64,000 nucleotides of DNA from Tubiluchus corallicola (lineage: Eukaryota; Animalia; Priapulida): contig JAQGDQ010002377.1 of the NCBI GenBank assembly GCA_030141605.1, forward strand, positions 387,582 through 451,581, read 5' to 3'. Numbering within the stretch: position 1 is the first letter of the stretch; each line of letters opens with the position of its first letter. The notes beneath the pieces were generated by a model. It did no database searches. It saw only the letters and a program-made list of their open reading frames with translations, and was not told where the DNA came from. Below are positions 51,901-59,130 of the stretch, in pieces. The position numbers and the translations under genes are program-made.

Positions 51901-54900
51901 AATCCTACTGCGCAGCAGTTTGCGCAGTTAGTGTCGCCCTAGTGGCACAGCAGTATGGACTGTTGTTGTCAGGTACGCTATAGCGCAAGCTGTTCGCACA
52001 CCGGTGTGTACTGTAACAGATGAATTGATGAGACCACCAAAGTCAGGCCGGTCGACAGGTGCTCATAAATTGCTCAGCAGTGAGTTGCAAAATCACAAAT
52101 AAAAATATCTTTTTGAATTTCCCAAGGATGCAGCCAGGTAATTATAACAAAATGCTAATTGTAACACAGTTTTGTAACTTTTGTTACAAGTTAAATATTT
52201 TGTTCATTAAGCAAAGACTGCAAGGCCTACATCTGTCTTTGGCGATTTATAGCAGCTGTTATGAGTTGGAGTTGGTTATAAAATCACGTTGAACAAACGG
52301 AGATGCATTTACGACATTACTCCTCTTTTTTATTGTCAGTGAACAAAAAATAACTAAACGAAACATTAGAGCTGTCATCCTAAGCAGCTGACATTACTTC
52401 CACCTAACTACTAACAACTAACTAACAAGGTCAAAACCAAGTAACAGAATTCAGGTGAGAAGCCAACCTGGCGCATAAATTAGAATCGCATAACATCTTA
52501 TATATCATGTGTAGACGTCACTTATATTTAGCCTAATTTTTTTAAGATCCAATTAGGTTTACGTCAAAATAAATGTTCATTAAATACAGTTTGTTTACAT
52601 GTAAAAAATGTACTGGTATAAGCGTACTAATAAAACACCTGTGGCTAAATCCACAGACAAGTCTTGATAAATATTATTTAGTGATAGGCTTAAATTAATT
52701 GATTTTATACAAGCCTGTGTGCTAAGGGCAATCATTTTATATAGTTAAATATATAGGCTCAGCTTCATAGAATCTTTGTATGTAATAATGCATACATCAT
52801 ACATGTATATGAGTGTGTGTGCATGGGTGTATCAAGATGTTACGACGCCCTAGGCTGGTAGTTCAATCCCACTCATCTCTACTACTGTATTTATTATTAA
52901 TGTATGGAGCACCGTATGCAATTACTTGTTGTGTGCATGCGTGCGTGTGCACATTATTTATATAAAACCTACAATATAATATATGTGTAATTATATAGAT
53001 TAATTGCAGGGCACGTAAATGGGTGCAATTTTTAATGTGCCAAATCCGCTACCTCTCATTTGGAGTAAAACAACCAAGAAACAAATGGCAGAACCTTCAA
53101 CAAAAGGAAGAAGGATCTCTCTCTCTCTGTGTGTGTGTGTGTGTGTGTGTGTGTCTGTCTCTCTCTCTCCCTCCCTCCCTCTCTCTGTCTATCTCTCTCT
53201 CTCTCTTCCTCCCTTTCACTGTTTCTCTTTCTTTCCCTCCCTCTCTTTCTCTCTAAGAGAGGGAGGGAGAGAAAAATTAATAAATCAATAAAAATGCATT
53301 ACTTTGCATTACTTATTTACATAGTAGGCAGCCCATCACGCAGTCAGCTAGCCTCTTTCCTCAGGAAGAACAATAAAATTTTACTTCCAAGAAAACTGAA
53401 GAAGTATTTGCAAGTACATAATACAAATTTATTGCTACAATTTTTTCCTTTTCATGAAATGTTTTCAGTTTTTTTTAAACTAATAATTGCTTTTAATTGA
53501 GATATTCTTCTTTTATTAAAAACGCAAAAGTGATTTTGGCTTATCGAAATTGCGCGTATGGCCAACATTATTGGTGAACCTAAGAATATTATTAATGCAG
53601 TCAACGCGCCGCTCAAAATTTTTTAATCATCCGCCGTTCGATGCCGCCAGCGTAGCCGCTAATCGCAAAAACGAAATACGTAACAAAAGGATTTCATCAC
53701 TTCCTCTTTTTACACTTTGACTGGATCAGTCCGTAAAAAAGATTGCTGCTCTTGCCGTAGCATTCGTTGAGTTTGCCAGGATAATTTTGTCCAGACTCCT
53801 AAATGCTGTTAGAGTAAGTCATGTGTGTATTAAAAGTTCTTCGTTAGGTATGAATTGCTTATCTATTAACTTTGGCTTCCTTGAGACTTGTGACAGCGTA
53901 CCTCGTTAGCGATTTCAGGTTAGTAATAGTTGGTTAATAAAGTCACTAACAGGAAACATCAAAACTGCACAGATTTATGAAAAATAAACTATTTTATTAA
54001 AAACAGTAAAGAAGTTTCACAGCAACAGGCACATAGCATGCCATAAAGGAAAAGAATTGTCAGTAAGTGTCAAAGTGCAAAGAATTCCTCATTTGCAAGA
54101 ACAGCGCAATATGTCACAGACAGTTAATGATGCCCCAATACCAACTCCTGAATTCAATTATTTGCATAACACAAACGAAATAGTTTTAGACAAAATTCCT
54201 ATTAAGCAAGAACCCCTAGATTACTCCCTTGTGGAGGATGATACCTCCAGCCCTGTGCATGAAGAAGGTAGTAATGTAGATGATGCTAACTTCTGTATTG
54301 AAGAATGTAACATAGAAGAGTTTTACCTTTCACCATATTTGGGTGAAAGCAACAAAGAGACAGTAGGTGAAGGCTGTTCTGCTATCACCATTAAGAAGGA
54401 AATGTCGCACTTCTTGTAAGTGGCTAATGAAAACTTTTATATTTACAAAATTGTCTGCAAAACTCACTTATACTTATACTGCACAGTGTAGTGTACTATA
54501 TTGCTAATTTTGTTTAATTGTTTGAACCTTGCACCACTTCTTTATTAAAATGTAGCGTAATTTATCCATATTTGTTGCACAAGTTATGGAAGCATGTTAA
54601 GACTATCGTATAACTCATGATAAGCTTTGGGTAAACCTTTGTAAAATGAGTTACTTGCTGCAGATGTTTTGTCACATTTTGAATACAAAGATATTTATGG
54701 TTTCTTGCAGCAAAAATGTAAGTCATGTATCTATAAGATAAAAGTTGCTGGAGCTACATGTACTGCTTTTCGTTTGCTAGCAATTGGGTATTCCCAGCTC
54801 TAGTTCTGCTCAAGTGATATATAACGGGCTTCATGAAGCCAAGTGACCTGAATGATAAAGTCCTTGCTGCTTCAACCTCAGAAAGCATTGATGAGATAGT

Positions 54901-57445
54901 CTCCAAAAATCATCACATTAGTGTATTGTTTTACTCAGTATTAGTAATAGAGTTAGTGTCACTAACACTGTGTGTAATTTCAATATTATGTGTAAATTCA
55001 ATCTGATGTGTTGTCTGTGTAAATCCAAGGTTAGTCGTTATGGTGCATGCACATTTGCTCTTCCAAACTATAAGTATTATTCAAATCACTTTTTTTTTAT
55101 GTTTTACATCTCGTATTGCTTCGATTTCCTAAAGAAAGGTTCATGGATGCGTGTATATTTGTCAGCTAAAGTTGCCTTAAGAGTTGATAAAATATGAATG
55201 AAATTATTGTAGGGTTATGTTATTGCTAGTATGTTAGTACCATTTACTCGATGTGACTTGATATTGTCAAGCATTAGTGCCATTTATTTAATGTGCAAGC
55301 TGCACAAATAGTATTGCTCGTAGATGTACTTAATCAAGTAACCGATTAATCAGATTTAGGCAACATCGAAGGCCCTCTGTAATTTGCTGACTAGATCATT
55401 AGAAAAACAAATAAACAAGAAATTTACAATGCAAACATATCAAGTGAAACTTTAGAGGAATATATTCAAACAAGAGTGAAACTTTTATACATAGAAAGTG
55501 AAGAATGTCTCTTTGTAAGGATACCAAGTGTTGTTGAAAAAAATTAACTGGTTAATTTCCTGGAGGGTGAGTCAGTGACATTTACCAATTGGCACGAACA
55601 TTTTAAATTATTATTTCTAGTTACATAAGTCTTTCCAGCAGGTAAGTGAAATGCTAAGTAATATAGATTAGAAAGTTTATTGTGACATAATTTGACATAA
55701 TTGCCTTTTCTTCCCTTGATTTACGTTTGTGTATGTGACATTATGTAATGGTGACTTCAGAATAGTATTGCCAGAGATTTAAAATGAAAACAAACAAAAG
55801 TTGCTTTTAATGTGAGTACGATATATGTAAAGTAATATAATTTTTAAGGCAATTTTTCTGAAATATTTCTTTGTCATTTCATTAAAAGGGTAGTATCAGC
55901 GAATTATGACATGCAAATCCTCTGGGGAAACAAGACAATTTATATTTATCATATGCATAAATACCCTGTAGCATTTTTATTGTATTGATTAGTTTTCCAA
56001 TTGTTTTACACCCTTAGTGACAGAATAGCCATTGTTTTATTTATAATTCTGTCTGAGGCATGTATAAAGCAGGACAAAGTTATTTGAGTGTATTTTTCTT
56101 CATAGTGTCTGATTGGTAATTGTGTGACATATGAAGTACAGACGATTCATTATTTTTATTTAACAAAAAACAAATGTAACTTGTGGTAGTACAGTACATG
56201 ATTAGAAACATTTTTATTGTTACTGCTGTTATTTTTTATGTTCTGCTAACACTAATACGCAGCGCCAATAAGTTTGGAAGTGCCAACTTTAATATTTCAT
56301 CAGCTTTCGGCAAATAGCTAAAGCCTACAAAAGTGTATTTGCATTGAAGCTTAACCCACTGATGGGAAATTTGGTCTGCTTTCTATACAAATTTTGTAAA
56401 GTTGAAAGTTGATAAAAATTAATTTGCACATAAATGATGTAATAAATTTAGAAATTGGTTCCTGGCTGCAGCTACTTCAGACACCTACTTCACATTCTAA
56501 ATGATTTGTTACTGAGGTGGGTTCATACTTTAGTAAAGCTTTTGGATGTACTGCAAGACTAACAGTATTGACACTAGAGGTGAATTTATTAAAAGACAGT
56601 GGACCAGCTATAACGATTGAATATCTTTTAATTAGGGTTAGGAACTTATGGTTGTTCATACTTAGGTCCACTGTATCGGCCAAGTTTAAAATCTGTTTAG
56701 TTTAAAGCAAAATGTGATTAGGTGTTAAAATAAACTTTCTTACCTGAAAACTTTCTTAGCTACGATTACTTACTGAGATTCTATGCATGTATATGGTAAT
56801 ACTGATACTATAGCTACAGTAGCAGAATTTTAGAGTTAGAAAACATTCACATTAGGATCAGTTTCAACGAAATGATTTAGAAGGCTGTGACAGACAGTTA
56901 TTTAAATGTGCTTGTGTGGTTTTTTCATCTAGCACTATATTGTGCATCCCACAACATAAATCTGTTACAAGGCACTTATAATTGTATTTTGATATAAAGA
57001 GGTAAACACAGATGTCATTTAGACATTCAGACTGTGGAAAATTTTATAGATTTGGATGAATTTAATATAATAACATAAAGAATGTACCACCGAGTCAGAT
57101 AGTCCTCATTAAAATGATAAAGATAATAATCTATCATCTTTATTAGATGTGTTAAGTACAGCCAAACACATCAAAAAAGTTAGATCACCAACAGTTGCAC
57201 AGACATTTTAAATTATTGTTCCGTTTAAATAACTACATAATTACTGAAAAACATTTCATTACTTCTTTATTGTTTTTTACTTTATCTCTTTTGCAAAGAT
57301 TATAAATCGTAACTTTATAACTATCATTCATACCTAAAACTCCAGGATTACAGAAGTCACAAAGTGAATAGAATTCTTGAAGATCATTCTGTATTGGCGT
57401 TCCAGTTAGCACAATCCGTCGGAAAATATTCAGAGATTTTATCAA
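23952..57445 (-). CDS. RAD54B: DNA repair and recombination protein RAD54B (SNF2-family ATPase), 3' nine exons; 5' exons lie beyond the right edge
   Basis: Exons on the minus strand: 57334-57445 ([30 protein letters not shown]), 51101-51280 (FVLRRTQ..YLPSK), 50635-50739, 49694-49818 (LKKLCNHP), 30073-30231 ([15 protein letters not shown]), 29466-29592 (LRLDGTTP), 29016-29188 ([47 protein letters not shown]), 27160-27276 ([15 protein letters not shown]), 26500-26700, then a terminal exon 23952-24026 (..VSFVF..stop), which makes ten coding segments when the terminal exon is included. Phases are consistent. [15 protein letters not shown] and KQGL distinguish RAD54B from RAD54L. Confidence 0.93.
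24377..25088. mobile_element. Non-autonomous DNA transposon with TTAA target duplication (Kolobok-like)
   Basis: TTAA|AGGAAAACCAG ... CTGATTTTTCCT|TTAA. Contains a 104-bp-period tandem duplication (24787-24989). Confidence 0.6.
24787..24989. repeat. Two near-identical direct repeats of about 99 bp (period 104 bp)
   Basis: actgaacggcaaccatat(g/a)acgtcatttttcattcaaaatgagcacc...gcaccaggc at 24787-24885 and 24891-24989. Confidence 0.92.
29836..30063. mobile_element. Small foldback MITE in a RAD54B intron
   Basis: Terminal inverted repeats TGGCATATTCAGACGTCGAGACT / AGTCTCTACGTCTGAACGTGCCA, with internal GCAACTT/AAGTTGC repeats on both strands. No clear TSD. Confidence 0.7.
31780..32160 (+). promoter_or_regulatory. 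Putative promoter and non-coding first exon of the giant zinc-finger gene
   Basis: CpG-rich patch with the NRF1-type palindrome GCGCATGCGC (31809-31818), a donor CGG|GTAAGA after 32118 and a YY1-type CCGCCATATT (32146-32155). A matching acceptor ttttattcacAG ends at 35704, 58 nt upstream of the ZNF ATG. Confidence 0.5.
32400..32960 (+). mobile_element. hAT transposon 3' remnant (C-terminal dimerization domain, ZMYM1-like)
   Basis: Translates [44 protein letters not shown], matching the hATC motif (ERSFSxLKxxKxxLRSTMxQxRL). A hAT-like right end GCACCG..TGACACCAACC lies near 32942-32960. Confidence 0.8.
32964..33085. repeat. Near-perfect inverted repeat of about 48 bp (hairpin), probably duplicated MITE ends
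   Basis: TGGTTGCCAGATTAGAAAATTAGAAATATGGGACACT(CT)TATAATCTCTT and its reverse complement are separated by about 22 nt. A related end (AAATATGGGACA...CAGCAACCCTA) lies at 33441-33484. Confidence 0.85.
35763..47573 (+). CDS. Giant C2H2 zinc-finger protein, 3936 aa, about 110 fingers, single coding exon, nested antisense in RAD54B
   Basis: Uninterrupted 11,811-nt ORF with an in-frame TGA upstream of the ATG. A manual parse gives about 110 C-x(1,2)-C-x12-H-x(3,4)-H units, of which fingers 21-97 (39537-45980) are contiguous with 7-aa TGEKPY-like linkers. Both termini are acidic. Confidence 0.96.
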   Translation: MNAYEMNEELQAAIEQLELEQIDLCGEQAGESSISELVYTNSIKNITSSVTDVGSVQQQQAGSQTRSAVTHATYQQQALSRINEFNVSLELMNTACVDSRDGLCALGTGTAVKDFVTLDEFQALQQNQMKESFSASGLLESLNNNEITNGTPEHLDNNENVFDTLQSEGYIETAIDSLGTLENNDVAVTIGSNALDINLLPFSQQDSDHSLSRQQHTTSQKVEINKQYELDLPIEDVTEQRLASDVTKQMCSDYGIDVKFSVENFTSMPVNNQDNDLNRDIDDSDSDSSDSDSNSDDFDNQDSIQNSVAPLNEKTSDSIINGSVFERNEAKVISGFPISLNSDNVEQLQVECKITNSPVNIEECQKYTIENSCKTILFKTDEQCECLDCGASLSNLLSSQEHLGLMTAVVKLCTCLQEGRKCLHYANEVSTSKLHVSELYSCHMCEITFHRLSALTNHMVMKHNDEDSTDNQSVAANYIQPPASLQKTHKCGICPASFSNVFNLQKHGRVVHSAIPKQYRCTKCTASFQALKNLTLHLRLHENEQQSFESQRIDKIATKTPTAGTDEASKPDQASKPDSIDKIPVNGIKKAGNTDEKSIKCRMCPAAFKHTASLKRHIQITHNKIKMYSCKLCPARFGVKSTVKKHMSDVHGGVPKKYKCQHCTASYRALKNLQRHMKLHIAKLQPVQEKKKNQYLCFLCSTRCSSADVLKEHIKTHSETKEPTADITTTPRKALLKIFKCNVCSVSFHSRLDRDVHLQTAHEKAKSTPEQQNSSLDSSICRVCKNSFNSKALLDQHMKQYKKLYECNACPAMFKVSTNRNKHVNNVHSGALKAFRCDVCGGGFHREYSLQSHMLLHNQAHKEQYKCDKCDFNCNSSEQLKTHIICKHSVTAQSPGIIIMDTPTVSLQKIKVEDSHAEAITIQESADMDFCEDMEHCCDICGKFFMKESELLVHEKVHMALKPYKCGICGLDFCDMSTLDIHQTSHTNKSYEAYTKMVAETSNSSCYVDFQNIGMRELHSSGNENLSNERKVPFGKKRERVYECDTCKKVFKDGGTLKVHKRIHTNERPYICHICQATFRQHHHLVRHVASHSDDKPFSCDVCGKRFKLSEYLTTHKAVHSQAKKFKCGVCGKDFRLYSDLRAHQKVHASKNAKTDGMFDNKLAFDSHDTSHSRLKPHKCPVCKNGFKVVRHMKIHLWSHSKNNMHYCLTCGKKFQSQVGLAVHKRIHIVKKELEEVVNASTNLTQYVTSTSKGKQYQCPVCEVKFAQSTYLSVHLRVHTGEKPYKCEVCNSRFRQRAHLKCHMFTHTDHKPFSCKICAASFKQLSALKKHGLVHTDLKPYKCDSCSAEFAQSTDLLNHIMVHNENRPYTCQTCFATFKTESFFNSHIKVHTHLKPHVCDECGKDFRIAANLTVHKRTHSNEKPYQCQICSKRFKQTGHLKVHLSIHADSKPYKCDSCGASFRQPGNLKSHQTVHTDERPHVCDICQSAFKTFSYLQSHKRIHTDLRPYSCTCGKTFKTPDGLKAHEKTHTDEKPYECRHCHARFKQQPHLKTHLLTHSTHKPYCCDTCDARFKQSSHLKVHMAVHSDVRPFPCHICGAAFKTSTSLSSHKRIHTDLKPYVCDVCNRAFKFSEGLKSHKKTHSADKPFSCDQCGACFKLAGYLKSHMLVHTEIRPYCCSTCGATFKTASYLHNHSKIHTDIRPHICHICGKGFKMSSNLRAHARTHSNEKPYSCDQCSAQFKQIAHLKMHVRTHSDLKPYKCDSCESRFRQSAHLKVHMAVHTESRPFACEICGAAFKTQSSLNSHKKIHTDIKPHSCDVCGKSFKFAVGLKTHRRIHTNERPFSCDTCHASFRQAGNLKSHMAVHTDVRPYACPTCQAAFKTSYYLQNHIRIHTTARPFQCDVCEKSFKFKEGLQSHKKTHTNERPFECDTCHARFKQAAYLRSHMLVHSDERNHFCDICGSAFKTAVYLANHRRIHTDMRPYKCDICYKDFKLPDGLKAHKKTHSDEKPYSCNICGAKFRQTAHVKAHMLTHSDAKPYKCDTCDACFKQSAHLKSHLAVHSEERKYSCDICYSAFKTSTALNSHKRIHTDIKPYICATCGNAFKTPDGLKSHQISHMDERPFECDTCHAKFKQSTNLKYHMVVHSEERNYTCDICDSAFKTMAYLTTHKRIHTELRPYICECGKDFKTPDGLKLHKRTHTGEKPYFCSLCGMRFRQSGHLKCHMQTIHSDSKPFKCDTCDACFKQSANLRSHMAVHSDIRPYPCPICEATFKTSTSLSSHKRIHSDIKPHICDVCEKAFKTSEGLKSHKHSHTDARPFECDTCHAKFKQAGNLKSHMVVHTEERPWTCDVCEASFKTQAYLHSHKRIHTDIRPYICECGKDFKTPDALKLHKRTHSDEKPYACEICHSTFKQLAHVRVHMATHSDLKPYKCDTCSASFKLAAYLKTHMIVHTEERPWICDVCQAAFKTSSYLSSHKKIHTDLRPYICDQCGKDFKLPDALKLHKRTHSNLRPFSCDVCGQKFRQTAHVKAHMLTHSDSKPFKCDTCDACFKQSGNLKSHMTVHSDVRAYCCPICGTAFKTTTSLNSHKRVHSDIKPHICSTCGKAFKTREGLKSHKYTHTDERPFACDTCSMSFKQSSNLKSHMIVHTDVRPHVCDICQAAFKTVSYLTSHKRIHTDLRPYNCEICGKDFKLPDGLKLHKRIHTNEKPFSCDTCQAAFKQSAHLKVHMTVHTDERNHICDICESAFKTASYLAIHKKTHSDVRPHICDICGKGFKFTDGLKAHKKTHTSEKPYQCEICFRRFRQGGHLKIHLLTHSDSKPFKCDTCDACFKQSGHLKVHMSVHSDERPFPCAVCGAAFKTSTSLSTHKRIHTDLRPYSCDLCDKAFKFSTGLRAHKKTHTGEKPYSCKICGARFRQIGHVKVHMTTHSDLKPYSCDTCNASFKLASYLRSHMVVHSEERKWTCDVCQASFKTNTYLNSHKKIHTDLRPHICDICSKDFKLPEALRLHKRTHTDIRPYSCELCNAKFRQTGHLKCHMQTRHSDLKPFKCDTCSACFKQPANLRTHMLVHTDERPHQCQICGAAFKTTTALNSHKQVHSDVRPFICARCGKSFKTRNGLKSHKITHTDSKPFECDTCSACFRQSAHLKVHMTVHSDYRGYPCTVCGAAFKTGTSLKSHSRIHTDIKPFICDVCNRAFKSKDGLKHHKITHSNERPFACLQCSAKFKQATYLKNHQLVHSDVKPFQCQVCSAAFKLPAYLRSHMMIHGDLKPYQCQICNKQFRHWSTLKIHTRTHTNERPYECETCHKMFSQNGHLKLHMMIHSGEKPYSCTVCNRRFRQHRHLLTHKVKHVTDRPYQCNSCQSAFKTHTSLQSHKRIHTGEKPYECTTCCTSFRQLSHLRRHQQCHRNPASRLKPFKCTSCPKAFRKATHLRAHEIVHTDSKPFKCPICDAEFRHGRSRKTHMKCHQPTLMHQCDVCLQSFSEEEELRSHSESHVQESAYTCEQCGEKFKRASLLSAHTALHEREKLSADGYIEFDRPYPCSQCSAQYESKQGLAKHMLVRHATLEDLRCNLCHNTFTSLQLLREHMRTHKEKEHMCNVCNNTYTSKHLLRIHMKIHKHTSKEHVCNVCGKVFKNASSLCHHREIHVEGRPHVCTKCNASFKTKKTLWAHSRIHTREKVFSCNKCGEKFSVKEQLLQHKQSAHSVGKTKKCSTASKNYDCEQCAASFKFLTLLKQHKEAHKTAICDKTQLVKGTASKPRKTHKCPECNKLFTHSWNLKNHLYSHRAKPVYKCNLCPSTFSREAHLVRHIACHKGKELSVSVKVQRIPHLQEQRNMSQTVNDAPIPTPEFNYLHNTNEIVLDKIPIKQEPLDYSLVEDDTSSPVHEEGSNVDDANFCIEECNIEEFYLSPYLGESNKETVGEGCSAITIKKEMSHFL
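48804..48901. repeat. (CT)n and (TA)n microsatellite
   Basis: Directly visible dinucleotide runs. Confidence 0.95.
52028..53110 (+). pseudogene. Degenerate spliced THAP-domain gene fragment (P-element/THAP-hAT transposase-like relic)
   Basis: Exon A (52028-52137) gives, across frameshifts, INCSAVSCK...FEFPKDAA-R ending AG|GTAATT. Exon B starts ttgcAG|G at 53010 and gives ARKWVQ, then IFNVPNPLP. This matches THAP CxxxxC..FP.D..R...W and the post-THAP 'PTIFxVPNP' motif, with the middle deleted. Confidence 0.6.
53116..53272. repeat. Compound (CT)n/(GT)n microsatellite and polypyrimidine tract
   Basis: Directly visible. It explains the spurious ORFs at 53019-53500. Confidence 0.95.
54027..55331 (+). 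pseudogene. Near-identical partial duplicate of the ZNF gene 3' end (last ~130 codons plus ~0.9 kb of 3' flank)
   Basis: Matches 47181-48484. By eye the only differences are one T>A and one extra T around 55085-55098. No poly(A) tail. Confidence 0.93.
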
Positions 57446-57879
57446 CTATAACAAAATCAAAACAAACATTAATTATAAAGTAAGAACTAAATCTAGATTT
57501 AATCATTTGAGGTGTATGTTCTAGACACATGTATGTTAAAAAGACCAAACGATATTACCAACAATGGTATGAGTTACCTACAAATGAGTACAGTAAAGTA
57601 GTTACAACAGAAGGCTTTCAGAATGAGTGTGAATACATTTAATCTAAAATTTAAGTAACTCCCTAATATTGCCCACAATCATAAATTGGGTAAGTTAGGT
57701 AGCCATTATTAAATGCACTATTGATAATTTTTGTGATTACAGAATATCTGATAATGTGGTTAGGTCAGATAGTTAGACAACTTTAGTTAGATAATGGAAA
57801 AGAGGAGGCCAGACTTATGTACAGAATTTATAAACACCATATAAGAATGTATAAGAAACCGTACTATGTCTGTTCAATA

Positions 57880-58330
57880 TTAAAATGTTGCCTATTGTAA
57901 CATATGGCATTGAGAGTCTTTGGGATGACATGTCATCTGCAATTTTTTTAAACTGGACTCGATTAAAGGAAGGTTTTTGAAGTGTTTTGGGTCTGCTAGG
58001 TAACTTTCTTGCTAGGTAATACAGCATTGAAATTTGTAAATACTTATCCCAGACTTGAGAATTCTGCAAATATTTAGAAAATGTCCAAGATAAGGTAAAT
58101 TCAATAGAGCTGCATTCTACAATACACCAACAGTGACACAGAATGAATGGTAAGAACCCAAGACGCAGAACCGACTTGCCCTGATAAGACATGCAATTCA
58201 TGGATTCCACCAAAAAATCTGCCCCAAACCAGTGCTTTGATCAAAAACAAACCTGCATGTCTAAGCTTCGTATCTCAAAAGTTGGTAGATATCATCTCTT
58301 GGCATGTACAGCAAATACTATTTCCTTATA
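57880..58330 (-). mobile_element. Possible highly decayed non-LTR retrotransposon (CR1/L2-like) RT fragment
   Basis: Minus-strand traces resemble 'SGxPQGSVLGP' (about 58150-58190) and 'IADD' (about 57930-57945). There are many frame disruptions. Confidence 0.35.
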
Positions 58331-58659
58331 CCAGTGGGTACGCAGCTAATAAATTCTAGGCCTGTTATTCTTACCAATTAGATTTTTAAACAATTTTCTT
58401 TTAATGTATAGGAGTTAGTTAAACTATTTTAGACTAACTTATGCAGTTTTATATTGTGTGCATTTTAAATTACCATATCTGGTGCAATAAATATTCTTTT
58501 TAGAATGTATAAGAATAGATCCTTCACTAACCAAGTTAGATATCATGAATACTGAGCATGAAATGCTGTAGTTATGGAATTTCCATGAATGTTCAGGACT
58601 TTATGCTCAGAACGTCGTGGAATAAGAAACAAAAGAGGACATATTAACCTTTGAAATTA

Positions 58660-58760
58660 AATCTTTTTATCAACAGTTAAATTCAAAAAGAGGATGGGTT
58701 TAAAGACACTGAGTAAATTAACTGAACCAGGATTCGAACCCAGATCTTGTGGTAATATAC
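58660..58760 (-). mobile_element. Possible tRNA-derived SINE remnant
   Basis: Pol III B-box GGTTCGAATCC on the minus strand (about 58730-58740), without a foldable tRNA or a clear A-box. Confidence 0.3.
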
Positions 58761-59130
58761 ACACAGATAAGGACAGTTTATAAATAATAATAACCATTTA
58801 AAAGTGGCAGCGGTGCAGCTGTGGCATAGCTAGAGCTTGTGGCACCTTGGGTGACACTTAAAATTACCCCTCCCCCATGAAAATGTTATAGTTTTGTAAA
58901 ATTCAGCAGTGTTACCTCACAGTTGCGATAATATGCGGACATAAATTGATAAATAATGAAGTATTACAGAAAAAGAGAAAAAAATCGGTTTAAAACCAAA
59001 ACCGAGATCGTACTTTGGGACAACAGGTGATAACCAAGAAGCTGCAGTTTCCAGAAGTAGTCAATCACAAAGATTATGCAAAGTTTGCAATGGGCCTCAC
59101 GGTGTTTGGAGGTGTGATGAGTTTCGCAAG

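Noticed and set aside
53019-53500. Three overlapping ORFs
   Set aside because: They are open mainly because of the (CT)/(GT) microsatellite. Only the first ~90 nt have meaning, as part of the THAP relic.
54027-55331. Duplicate as a processed retrocopy or as a genuine 120-aa gene starting at 54057
   Set aside because: There is no poly(A) tail or TSD and it ends mid-flank. The listed start at 54057 is a TTG inside the copied sequence, not an ATG.
53700-57300. snoRNA host gene downstream of the TCT/TOP-like motif
   Set aside because: No convincing C/D box pair (RTGATGA...CTGA) or H/ACA structure was found by eye.
58700-58760. tRNA gene suggested by GGTTCGAATCC
   Set aside because: No A-box or cloverleaf is present. 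At best it is a SINE remnant.
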